DNA of 64,000 nucleotides from positions 62,001 to 126,000 of the forward strand of contig MU626279.1 in the NCBI GenBank assembly GCA_025603075.1, written 5' to 3'. The translations under genes were made by a program, and so were the position numbers. The stretch comes from Neoconidiobolus thromboides FSU 785. Lineage: Eukaryota; Fungi; Entomophthoromycota. Below, one piece after another: positions 39,425 to 51,256 of the stretch (positions within the stretch are counted from its first letter, which is position 1; each line of letters starts with the position of its first letter). Under the pieces are notes generated by a model, which searched no databases, had not been told where the DNA came from, and saw only the letters and a program-made list of their open reading frames with translations.

Positions 39425-40993
39425 ATGTTATATTTATTTTTATTTTTATTGCCAGTATTGACCTATGGTCTTTATAGCATTTTTTATGTACCAAAGCGTT
39501 ACCAACACTTAAAAAGAACTTCATTCTTAAATTTTATAACTACCATATATAGCAAAGTATCGATAGTTGAAAGGTTTGAGAGTGTTTATCGACCAAATTT
39601 AAACAAGCAAGGTTATTCACTTCTTTGGCAACCAAGAGCATGGAATCTAGTTGTAACCGAGTACAAGATAATTAAGGAGATCGTTTTAAACACTGACACA
39701 TTTCATAAGAAACCAGAATCTCAACGCGATTATGGTCAATTAGGTTTTAAGCTTTTTGGAAAATCAAATATTGTCTCTTCAGATAAAGAAGAATGGAAAC
39801 ACCACCGTAAAGCTATTAATCCAGCATTTAAAAAATCATGGAACAATGATATCTTTTCTCAAAGTGGGTATGAGCTTATTGATAAAATTGAATCTAGAAA
39901 TGGGGAGCCTACGGTTATGCACTCTATGTTTCAACAATTAACTTTAGATGTTTTAGGGCGTGGCTTATTTAGCTATGATTTTTTTGCCTTAAAAAATGGG
40001 GATAAAGATTTAAATTTGCTATATTACAAGGATGCCATGAAGGGGATATTTAACCCGATTTACTTTATTTTCCCTTTCTTAGATTTTATAGCACCAAAAG
40101 TATTACGTTCACGTAAATTGACTCATGAAAAAAGTCAACATTTTAAAGAGTTCTTGGAAGGCATTATTGATGGTAAAAGAAGAGAAGTTGAATCTGGCGT
40201 AGTAAAAGACGATATTGTATCTTTAATGGTTCGTGATTCTATCGAAAATGAAGCAGATGGATTAACAAATGAAGAAATTTTCCACAACTTAACTGTTTTC
40301 TTTATTGCTGGTCATGACACTACTGCCAACACCCTTACCTCTACCTTGTATTTTTTAGCCAAACACCAAGTAAGTAAATCTTATTGTAATGGTTATAAAT
40401 ATTAATTTTTTAATAGGATATCCAAGATAAAGCCCGTCAAGAAGTTTTAGCTACTTTAGGAGATTCAAAAGAAGTCAAAGCCCCAACCAATGACCAACAG
40501 AAGGAACTAGACTATCTTACTTGTATTATTAAAGAAAGCATGCGTATATCTCCAACTGTGAATATGCTAAGAAGATTTGCTGCTAAAGATGTGACTTTAA
40601 GTGATGGGACTCAAGTAAAAAAGGGCGATATGGCTAGTTTAATGGTATATTTCCATCATCGAAATCCTGAATATTTCCCAGAGCCTGAGAAATTTAACCC
40701 AGATAGATTTAAGGATCCTCATGGTACAGCATCAAATGTATGGATGCCTTTTGGTATGGGAACAAGGATATGTAAGCTTTAAATTTTTGTTATGTATTCA
40801 AATATTAAAATAGCTTTTAGGTGTTGGATTAAACTTTTCCTTAATTGAACAGAAAGTCATACTTTCAATGTTACTACAGAAATACATCATTCGTCTAGGT
40901 CCTAATTGTAAACAATGGAGCAATCCTAAATATAACTCTACCGGGTTTTTACATGTGGAGAACGCTGATATATCATTTACTCCAAGAATTTGA
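39425..40993 (+). CDS. Cytochrome P450 (family not assignable by eye)
   Basis: Three exons; N-terminal anchor, WKHHRK, I-helix AGHDTT, KESMR (ExxR), PEKFNPDRF, heme motif FGMGTRIC split by an intron. Confidence 0.97.
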
Positions 40994-41706
40994 TTTTTCT
41001 ATTTTCGATTAAATAGCTTATAAGTTATCTTATGGTTTTAAAATAAATTGCTTTTTAAACCTAATGCACACACTAATCATTGGAAATGATATATAGTTGT
41101 ATTTTTAAATATTAGTCTCCATAGAGAGTAATTTATAGTCGTTTTAAAATGTTCAATAGCAAGCATAAGCTTGTTTGCGAATATTAGAGTATAAAAGCTA
41201 TATATGAAATTATTTAGCTATATTGAATACTAACATTTCTTAAAAATGTTTATCCTTATTTTAGATTAGATCAGATTAGATTAGTTATTAGCTTGTCTGA
41301 ATAATGTGTAATTATCGCAATATGCAGACTCACTATCAGCATAAAAGTCACTATTTCCAGAATTACTATAGTTTAGTTAAAAGTATTTTAAAATAATGCT
41401 ACTAATAAATTAAAAAATTTGTCAACTCAAACCTTTATAGTTTTAACAAAATAATGGAAATTGTAGAAGCTAACTTCATAATATAAGCTTTAAAAAATAT
41501 ATAATCATATGAATTTATGTCAATTTTTATAATCTTAGTTAAATTAGATAGTAATATTTATATAACAATTTAAAAATAAATAAACAATGAAAAATATTGT
41601 TTTAGAATTGAAACTCGGTTGAATTTACTATAGGTTTTGTCAGGTTTGTTCCGAAGTTAGTTGCATTAAAATAAATATTTATAACCAAATGGCATGATAA
41701 CTAAAA

Positions 41707-41779
41707 GGGGAACTAGCTCAGATGGTAGAGCGCTCGCTTAGCATGCGAGAGGCACCGGGATCGATGCCCGGGTTCTCCA
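41707..41779 (+). tRNA. tRNA-Ala (anticodon AGC), intronless
   Basis: GGGGAAC/GTTCTCC acceptor stem, D-arm TAGCTCAGATGGTAGAGC, anticodon arm CTCGC-TTAGCAT-GCGAG, T-arm CCGGG-ATCGATG-CCCGG; T-run at ~41798. Confidence 0.97.
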
Positions 41780-41992
41780 TAAAACCATATCTTTACCTTT
41801 TTATATAAAGGTTATAAAATAAACAATGATATTTAAAAATATTTAAATTGACTTCATTTTTTTATAAAATTTTGCTAAGAAATATTTATTATTAACTGCT
41901 TTATAACCAACAATTAAAGATTTGCTATCAATTGAATAAATCATTTTAATGCTATAATTATGTTTATGTTATTAATATATTATCAAGTTAGT

Positions 41993-42097
41993 AAATGGAA
42001 ATGTATTTTTTGCTTCATCACTTTTTCCATTTTTAAACGCTATTTCAACAGAAAGAGTGTTAGTAAAATTCTTAAACAAAAAAATGTATTCCCAAAT
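41993..42097 (+). mobile_element. MITE family A copy (diverged)
   Basis: aaatggaaatgtattttttgcttcatcactttttccatttttaaacgctattt...ttagtaaaattcttaaacaaaaaaatgtattcccaaat. Confidence 0.8.
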
Positions 42098-42139
42098 AAT
42101 TGTATAAAAAGGAATAGTTAGCTTTAAAACTATAACTAA

Positions 42140-42601
42140 TGTGAGATCGCTTTGTCAGTTCCATTATTGATTATAACATAACAATCACTTAACTTGTTAT
42201 GATCTCGAGTCCAGAGACAACCAATCCCATGCTCTTAGTTTGATTTGCAATGAGAATTTCTGTCATATGACTTCGGAGAATATTATCTCCTCGTTTTGAT
42301 ATCCATACTTGCTGGGGTATAAGAGAGACTCTAGAACATAGTAATTCGAGGCTTTTTAATTGAATTATTCCCTAATATCCCATACATTTAATAAAGCCAC
42401 TAAGTTTTCTTAATAGTATCTTATGTAGCTTTTACATTAGTATTGTCTATTCTATTTATCTTATAGTCTGTAATATATTATGTGCTGTTCTTCATAGTTC
42501 AAGTCCATCTTAGTCACATAAACTAAGGCCTTTCAACTTGCAGCATAGTCAATCAGGCAATAGCTGTTTTTGACTTCAATCACTCAGTACCAGATCTCAC
42601 A
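42140..42601 (-). mobile_element. Solo-LTR-like element, copy B (462 bp)
   Basis: Termini TGTGAGATC...GATCTCACA (perfect 9-bp inverted repeat); full-length reverse-complement homology to 33681-34144; no TSD evident. Confidence 0.78.
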
Positions 42602-42978
42602 AGCTATTAAGTATAACTATTAGAAAAAGACAATACCCTTTATAATTAGATGATAAATACTTTTATATCAAATTAAAGTAAAAAAAACTCTGAATTGATT
42701 ATGTTATATAAACCACAGTTAAATTAACTATAAAACTAGCTATATTCTTATAAATAAATTAGATAGTTATTATTATTATTACTATATTAATAATCATAAA
42801 GCTGATAAAGTGATATTGTATAATTTATAAAAATCTTAAATTTTAAAATTAGCTAATTAATATTTTTTATTTTATCTAATGCTTTAAAACTATCTTTCTA
42901 TTATGAAAGATTTTTAGAATACTTATCAATTTATTATTATTATTATAATGTTTAGTAAAAAAGCTCAGGTCAATTCTT

Positions 42979-43085
42979 AAATGAGGATTTATTTTTTCAT
43001 TCAAGAATTTTACTAATAATTTTTTCGCTCAGATAGCACTTAATAAGAGAAAAAGTGATGAGGCCAAAAAAAAACACCTCCGAAT
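42979..43085 (-). mobile_element. MITE family A copy (diverged)
   Basis: atgaggatttatttt...aagaattttactaataatttttcgctcagatagcacttaa...aaaagtgatgaggccaaaaaaaaacacctc. Confidence 0.8.
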
Positions 43086-43345
43086 TATTTATTTTATAGA
43101 TTTTTTTAAATATGTAGTATCAAAACTTCTGGAATTTAAAATAATTTTCTGCATCTGCTTGTATATTGGTTTTTTTTCATTATTAAAAAATTGTTTTCTT
43201 TTTAAATAACTTTTTTTAGTTATATATTAAGCATGTATATTATATAAAGTTGTTTTTCTGCTACATTTTTAAACTTATTTAATAAATATTTGAAAAATAT
43301 TGATTTAGCTATCATTTTATCTTCCAAATCATTAAAACATGTACT

Positions 43346-43451
43346 ATGTGGGGATGTATTTTTGTATTTAACAATTTTACTAACAAATTTTCCGCTTAAA
43401 TAGCACTTAAAAGATAGAAGAAATAATGAAACCAAAAAAATACCCCCATAT
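43346..43451 (-). mobile_element. MITE family A copy
   Basis: atgtggggatgtatttttgt...ttttccgcttaaatagcacttaaaa...aataatgaaaccaaaaaaatacccccatat. Confidence 0.88.
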
Positions 43452-43625
43452 ACTATTTAATAAATACTTATTATTTTTATTTTTATTATTAAATTTTGAT
43501 AAAATAGTTAGATTATTAAGTGAATATCATACAATAATTTTAGTTTATTCATTTCTAGTTATTTATATTTTAAACAGTAAGTTATAATACTAGTATTTTT
43601 TATTATTAATTGTTTTTAAATAATC

Positions 43626-43728
43626 ATATGAGAGTGTTTTTTTAGTTTCATCACTTTTTCCATTTTTTAAGCACTATGAACGAAAAGATTGTTAGTAAAA
43701 TTCTTAAACATAAAAATACATCACATAT
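43626..43728 (+). mobile_element. MITE family A copy
   Basis: atatgagagtgttttttt...ttaagcactat...ttgttagtaaaattcttaaacataaaaatacatcacatat. Confidence 0.85.
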
Positions 43729-43775
43729 TGATTTTCATTTGTATTAAGTTTAAAACTTTCATATTTATTAAAAAG

Positions 43776-43881
43776 ATATGAAGATGTTTTTTTTGATTTT
43801 ATCACTTTTCTGTTTTTTAAGCACTATTTGAACCGAAAAATTGTTAGTAAAATTCTTAAACACAAAAATACATCCCCATAT
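43776..43881 (+). mobile_element. MITE family A copy
   Basis: atatgaagatgttttttt...ttaagcactatttgaaccgaaaaattgttagtaaaattcttaaacacaaaaatacatccccatat. Confidence 0.88.
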
Positions 43882-43894
43882 TCTAAAAAAATAA

Positions 43895-43973
43895 GGATTT
43901 TAGTAACAATTTTTCCATCCAAATAGCGCTCTTAAAAGATGGAAAAATAATGAAGCCAAAAACATCCCTATAT
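43895..43973 (-). mobile_element. MITE family A copy (truncated)
   Basis: ttagtaacaatttttccatccaaatagcgctcttaaaagatggaaaaataatgaagccaaaaacatccctatat; one TIR missing. Confidence 0.8.
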
Positions 43974-44859
43974 GCAGTTTGAAAAGAACACCAACAAAAT
44001 TTAAGATTTTTAAAATTAAGCATAAATAATTAGTTAACACAAAATTTAGCTAATTTTGAATCTAAGTTGAAAAAAATAGTTTTTAATACTTGAATTTATT
44101 TTATTTTTTAGGATTTCTAAAAACTACTCTATAAATGGTATTTGGGGGTTAAAATATCGAACTCTTTTGTTTGAAATCATGTAGTTGAGGATCGATAGAG
44201 TATTAGTCAAAATAAAACCGACCCAAACAGTTCAGTTTGTAATAGTACTTGTTAAATAATTGGGATATCTTGTTCAAAATGATATACAATTGTTTTAATA
44301 TATTAAAATAATACATAAAAATAAGCCAAATATGCCGCTTTTATAGTTTTTATATTATTAAAATAAACAGTTTTTAAGTTGTCTGGGGGAGCTTTTCTAT
44401 GTACAAAATTTATTTAGCTTACTATAAAGATGCTTTTTAAGTCGTTTTATTGATTTAACTCTTAAATATATCATAAGGAAGATTATTTAATACTTCTTTT
44501 TGTAATAAAAACAATTTCTGTATTGGAGCTCATGAATATTAAGATAAGATAAAAATATATATTAAGTCCCATTTTATCTGCATAATAAATATTACTTTTA
44601 AACATAGCTTTTTAATTAATAATTTTAACTTTATTACATTTATAATTTTGAGAATATAGAAATTTAACTATTTACCCTCAAAGCAATGCTATTAAATTTA
44701 TGCTATATTGTAAGTTTTTCAATCAATATATATTCTTAAAAATAAAAAAGAGGTTGTATCATATTATTTAAAAATTTATTCAAGCCATGCATTATTTATA
44801 ATGTTTAAAAAAAGGATAAGGGAAGAGGCGGTTAGTAAAAAGAGAAGCGGGAGCTTAAG

Positions 44860-45441
44860 CTAAAAATTAAAGGAGTAGGGTAAAGGGTTATAAACATTCA
44901 TACTAATTTTAGGTTCAACAGGCCTTGGTGCGGTATAATCTGGATGCATACGGTAGTCCCAATAATTGTTTTGGTGAACATGATGACCGTGAATTGTTTT
45001 TTTATTACTTGTGCCTTCCAATGGACCTGGTTGAAAATTTTTGGACTTTCTATTATTATGTGTGCGATAATGTTGCATCATATTGTCTTGACGTGAAAAC
45101 TTGGCTTCACAACTAGGTAATAAACATTTGTAATTTTTTTCACCAGTATGGATACGATCATGTCTTGCTAAATGACCAGAGGTGGTAAAGGTAGCATTAC
45201 AATTCGTTCGCTTACAGATGTAGACTTTATTATTCTTTTTTTGAATGCCAGTTACTTTGGGCTCTATTTTCTTTTTGGCATTCGTTGGTGAGCTAGAACG
45301 ATTGGTATTGGTGCTACTGGAATAACCAGTATTACTTGTAGTTTCACGGTTATTTAGGGTTATGTTATCTTGTAAAAGATTTATTAAAGGGGGTAAATTA
45401 TTAGAAAAGTCCATCATAATTATGGTTTGTTTGGTAAGCAA
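44860..45441 (-). CDS. C2H2 zinc-finger transcriptional repressor, NRG1-like
   Basis: YICKRTNCNATFTTSGHLARHDRIHTGEKNYKCLLPSCEAKFSRQDNMMQHYRTH closely matches the Nrg1/Nrg2 finger pair; ATG start probably ~45418. Confidence 0.88.
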   Translation of the reverse strand: MLTKQTIIMMDFSNNLPPLINLLQDNITLNNRETTSNTGYSSSTNTNRSSSPTNAKKKIEPKVTGIQKKNNKVYICKRTNCNATFTTSGHLARHDRIHTGEKNYKCLLPSCEAKFSRQDNMMQHYRTHNNRKSKNFQPGPLEGTSNKKTIHGHHVHQNNYWDYRMHPDYTAPRPVEPKISMNVYNPLPYSFNF

Positions 45442-47512
45442 ATAATGGTTGTAATAATAATTTTTATAAATTATTAAAATTCAATTAAATGTTCATGGTT
45501 CAAGGGAGTATATATATGTTTTCTAGTTACTAGTTCAATAAATGGTATTATTTATTAATGCAATCATTTGATTTTTATACTAAGGTTAAGATAGTTAGAA
45601 TTATATGTAGTATTACCGAATAAAGAATGCAGGTAGTAAAATAGTTATAACTTATCAGCTGAACCTATGACCAAGTCACATTTCAGGGTCTTATGATTTG
45701 TAATGGAAGCCAGGAAATAACTTCCAATCAAATGCCTTATTTAGATTGACAATGTAATTTTATTGGTATCAATAACTCGGAAACCCTTAAATCTAATCCA
45801 AATTTGATATATAGCCTTATGATCTTGAAAGTTAAATTCAAATGATACTTCATCTCATATATTTATCTTTTGATTAGGCTTACTATATTTATATTAATGT
45901 ATTAAAGCAATTAAGGTGCATTCTAGATACATTATCTTTAATAAACTTTGTAGATAGAACATTTAATTTTTATTGAGATAAAAAGAAGAAGAATAACAAA
46001 AATAATGCAAAATAAAGAAGATACTGAACAGTAAAACTACAAGAATGTTTTAAAGCATTTAGTTATAATAATTTTTGTATTTTAAATAAAACTTATTAAT
46101 AAATGTCCAAACCCTGAAAAAGAGAAGTTAATCACTTTCGGAGCAATAAGGAGCATTTGAGAACAGGTAAATATCGCCTTAATGATTGCTGGTAATTTTA
46201 TTAGCTTAAATAGAAAGTTTAGTAAATTTAGGCATTTTATTTGGTAAAATCACCTTCTTTTTTAACATTTTTATTCTTTTATTATCAGCTTTTATTGTCA
46301 GCTGAAAATCAAACTTTTAAAGTTGTTAAACCTCCATTTTATGATTTAGCTATGGTTTTTAATTGATGCAACCTTTTTCCACTAAAAGCCTGTTTTTTTA
46401 ACAAAAAACAGATTCTACACACACTTTGAAATGTTATAATACTTAAGTTTAAAGCTTTTCTACCATAGTATACTAGTATATTACTTTATGAAATATACTA
46501 AATTTTAATAATTACATTGAAAATAATTAATTACAACAGCGTTATTATATCTAATTTAATATAACAATTTAACTAATTTTTTAAAAAGCTGTAACATTTT
46601 AGGGATAATATATTAAATTATCATCAATTTTTACTTATATAATCATTGGGTTGAAAATCTGCTTTATATTTTTGTTGCTATAAATTATAAATGTTTCATT
46701 AATTTCATAATAAAGTTTTATACCTCGGTACTAAAAACAAACGCAATAGCATTACCAGAACTTAAAAGGATAGCAATTAGCTAATCCCTTCAATTTTTAT
46801 TTAGAATTAATCTTAGTTACCAGTTTTACATACCTCAATAAACTCGTTTCTCGTTTTATTACAATTTAAATAAGGAAAGTTGAACTGTAGTTTCTTTATT
46901 TACTTTATTACTGTTTATCTAAAAATTAGAAGCCTATATTTCTTATAACTCGGATTTTGAATGTACTGAGAAAAATAACTGTTCTAGTATATATATTATT
47001 TATTATGATCAATTGTAGATTTTTAAACTATTATTACAATTATGGACCTATACTATAAACTATATCACCCTAAACCATATTGATTTTTACATGTCAGTCT
47101 TTGAAAAATAGGTAAGGCATAGAGATATAAAATCATATAAACTTCGAAAATAAATCATTGAAAATAATACTCCCATGCAATAAAACCGAGGGAATATAAC
47201 CTATTTTTAAATACAGCTTTTCATTTAAAGGTATTTAAAAGTATTTAAAAATAGTGGTATTGACTGCACAAATAAGAATATAGCTATAGAAAGATCAAAT
47301 ATTGCCACTTAAATTCAAAAAGTAGCTTTTATGAAAATCAAATAAGATTAGGTGTTTTGATATATGAATTTTAATACTCATATCAAATTTTTTAAAGTAT
47401 GAATGCCTTTCATAGATATTCATGGTTTTTTTAGTTGAAAGAATAGTTAGGTTATTGGATGCAATAGCAAATTTTTTGTGTACATAAATAAAGTTAAACA
47501 AAAACATTTTAA

Positions 47513-47613
47513 CCCTTTAGGTACAAGATATCTCAAAAAAATTTGATTTGAATCATGACTTTTAATCAATTTTGTCAATTGAATCAGTTTTAAAGCTCAA
47601 TATACCCAAAGGG
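47513..47613. mobile_element. piggyBac-type MITE (101 bp) in a TTAA site
   Basis: TTAA(47509-47512)|CCCTTTAGGTA...TACCCAAAGGG|TTAA(47614-47617); 11-bp TIR with one mismatch. Single copy in the window. Confidence 0.7.
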
Positions 47614-47871
47614 TTAATTAGATTTAATCCGTGCGGGTAATGGTTGTCTACAGTGCTCAAACAGTTGAACATTGTAATCTAAATGTTCATTATTAATTAT
47701 ATGTATAAAATTATGGTCATTTATGAAAGGCTTATACAATAAATCATTTCAATCTACTAAAATACGAAGCTAGTACATAAAACAAGCCAATTAAAAGCAT
47801 TCAAATTGAGATCAAATCGTATTCAAAAGCTATTAAATCAGCAATAAAATTATTTGTTTCCTCAATTATAA

Positions 47872-50800
47872 ATGAGATGGGTAAAAATAAAGTAATATAT
47901 AAAATGAAGTTACATGTATTAATATATTAAACATTCGCTATATTAGTATACTAAAAAGAAGAACCTACCAAATTTAATAAGCCCTTTACAAACCCCATTG
48001 GAGAAAAATGATTCTCACGATACTACCGAAAATTGGATCAACCCATTATTAGATAATAGCAGACATAAACTTAAAAAGAGAGATGTGAATAATATTTCAA
48101 ATTTAAAAGAAGACAAAACTAATAATGATGTTTCTAAAACAAGCTCAAGAAGCAACACAACACCTAAAAAAAAAAGAGTGACTACTTCTTTTAATACCAA
48201 GAATGTATTAGATGGACTTTATGCAGGGACAGATGATGATAGTGGATTATTTGGAAATCATAAATTAAATAGTTCAAAAGGTAGTGGGAAAGGTTTTGGC
48301 TCAAACAGTGAAACTAGTATCCTGAAAGACATTGGATCTTCATTGGGTATAGTTAAAGTTAAGGAAGAAGAAAAAGAAGTTTCATTGGGAGAGAATCAAG
48401 ATAAACCAAATCATATAAATACCCCCAGAACTAATAATATAAGAAGCTCTGAGACTCCAAGTATTTCTAGAGTCAGTAATACAAGAAGTTATGAAACTCG
48501 AGGTATAAACGAACTTCAGGAAAAAATCACTGATAAGAAGTTACAGGCTATTAAACATTTTCATTTTAATGTTATGACACCTATAACAAATAACTCAAGC
48601 ATATCTGAACAAGTTGGAAATATATCAGAAACAAATGATATATCGAGCGAAAAGTCTTTAACTGGAACTAGTACTCCTACTATAAGCTTAAAAGAGAGAC
48701 TTAATGGTAAGCCTAAAGATATGAGTTATTTTAGTACTAATAATATATCACTCACAGTTAAGAAAATAGGCTCTAAAATAAAAATAGTAAAAAAGAAGGA
48801 AGCTATAACTAACATCAATGATGATACAGCACTAGCTGTTACCGAGAAAAAAGAATATAAAAAAAGAGGGAGACCAAGGAAACGAGATTTAGCTAGTAAC
48901 AATGTTTCAAATCTAAATTCACCTGCTTTTAGTGGGAATGATTCTTTTCAAGATGCTTATTATTTACAAAGGTCCATCAATGGTCTTAGCCAAGAAGTCA
49001 ACTTAAATGAACAGGGTCAGGAATCTAGTTCGGAATCTCAACAGCACCCTAATTTTATAAATGTTAGACCAAGGAATGATATTAAAAATAACACAACCAA
49101 AGATGATCAAAGTGTAAGGTATACTACTGTAGACTCAAACAGTGGTGAATTTAGTCTAGAAAGCCATGGTAATTCGAGTCAAAGAACTAATAATGAAATT
49201 TTAAACATAAAATCAGTTTCACAGATAGAGATGGTTAAAAATAAGAGAATAAAAAAGAATAAAAAGGGATTAAATGAGCAAAATATTCATAATAATACTA
49301 ACAGTAATGACCAAGGTTTAACCGATCAGTATAGTTCCAGTATTACAGAGCAAGAACAAAATATAGACAATAATAATACAAACAATAGAAAAATGCGTCT
49401 AAGTGAAATCAAAGATGGGAAATTAGAATCCGCTAGGTATGCAATTCGTTCTAAAAATGCCAAGAAAGCAAATTTAAAGTCAAAGCATAAGGGTATAAAT
49501 AATGGTAACAAAAGTAATGTTATTAAGCAGGAGCCTTATGATGAAGAATTAAATGACTCAAATAATCAAATACAACCAGCCTTAATCAAAATAGAAAAAC
49601 AAGGTGTTTTATTACAAAATAGTACTCAAAATAATGAAATTGTAATAGCTGATAATTCTATTAATCGAGATCAATCTCAAGCAGTTGAAAGCAATATAAT
49701 CAATACTGACAATGATCAAGATTTTCATACAAATAATGAAGCTATACTAGAGCAACATTCATCTAGTAGAGAAACAGAAGAAAAAGAGGATGAAATTTAT
49801 GATTCAATTGAAAAAGAAATTGTAATTGAAAAGGAGTATACATTAGAAAATGAACTCAAAACCATTAAAACTTTCGTAACAGATGATGAAGCGATGAGCA
49901 ATGAATTATTCATTGAAAATCAAGAATTTATACTCACTCAGAAAATAAATTATTTTAGTGGTGATGAAGCACAAAATGAAAAAGACAACTCAGCGGGGCA
50001 AGAAGAAGCAGATTCTGAAAAAGAAGAGGATTTGGTAGAGCGAGGGGATTCCGAAAAAGAAAACAATTTACCAAATCAACAAGTACATAATAGGGTTCAG
50101 AATAAAGAAGAGCAAAGTGAAGAAAATCAACGGGTAGAAGAAGAAAAATGTCAAAAAGTAGAAAATTTAATAAATCAAGAAAAAAGCTCAGAAGATGAGA
50201 GAAATTCAGTAAATCAAGAAGGCTCAGAAGATGAAGAAAATTTCATAAATCAAGAAAAAGATATTAATTTAAAAAAGAAACTTACTTATGTTATCAATTC
50301 ACTTTCATGTTATCCAACTATTTATTGTATTATGGAAAATAGTGGAAGGAGCCGAGGTATGATATCTATTGAAAGGGACGTACATAATGGGAAATATAAA
50401 AGTGTTAAAGGATTAATTCAAGATATTGATCAATTATTATATGAAACAAAAAAGAATTGTGATAAAAAAGGTGCTATGAAAAAAGATTTGTTTGATGCTA
50501 TTGGTACCAATTATGGTGCAATGCAAGTAATTCAAGAAGACATTGAATAGTATGTTATTATTATTATTTATTCCAGATAATGAATTGAATATTTTTAATA
50601 GTAAAGATGAAATGGAATTTGATAAAATTGAAGCACCTAAAGAAAAGATAAAAGAATTACAAAAACTAGATTATTCTGCTAAAAGGTAATTAATAGCTAA
50701 TAGGAATAAACAATAATGTATTCACAGTTATTTTAGTATCAATATTTATTACATGAAGATTGGAGATCATAATAAAACATTTCGATTTCAAGAACCAACT

Positions 50801-51256
50801 CGTACACAGTATCATGGTTTAAATCAACATATATTTGATTTGATTGATCAATCCAATATAAATTCAGACATTCAATTTACTAACGAAAAAGCCCCCATTA
50901 TCAAATTATACTCTATTAAAAATCGAAGTAAACTAGAGGCATGCGCGAAATCAAGTAACTCACTTACAATTGTAGAAATATTTTATGGTGAAAAAGAAAG
51001 TATTTATTCAATAGTAATTAAACCCATTGGAAATTCATTCAATGTTAATAACACAATTATGTTAACTTTGGATTCCCCAAAGGCCTGGATTTATGGAGCT
51101 GTGTTAGCTATTTATAAATTAAAAGATTTCAATGTCAATAAAACTCATACTCATTTAGCTAACTTTTTTACACCTATTTTGTTAGCAAAGATAAAAAAGA
51201 ATACAAAAAGAGTAGAAGATATTGTTCATAGATTTTGTGAAGATAGGAAAAGGTAA
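47872..51256 (+). CDS. Large low-complexity nuclear protein with AT-hook, degenerate bromodomain-like segment and a globular C-terminal domain
   Basis: 850-aa ORF (47998-50550) joined via plausible GT-AG introns to 50577-50685 and ~50739-51256; AT-hook KKRGRPRKR at ~48862; start exon ATG AGA TGG at 47872 inferred. Whether the last exon belongs to the same gene is not proven. Confidence 0.7.

Noticed and set aside
43220-43435. 71-aa minus-strand ORF (MVSLFLLSFKCYLSGKFVSK...)
   Set aside because: Largely a translation of a family A MITE copy; no coding signal.
4223-43973. Dispersed ~105-bp repeats considered as a CRISPR-like array or a structural RNA family
   Set aside because: Copies are dispersed, in both orientations, irregularly spaced and carry terminal inverted repeats; eukaryotic context and no cas genes, so MITE is the better explanation.
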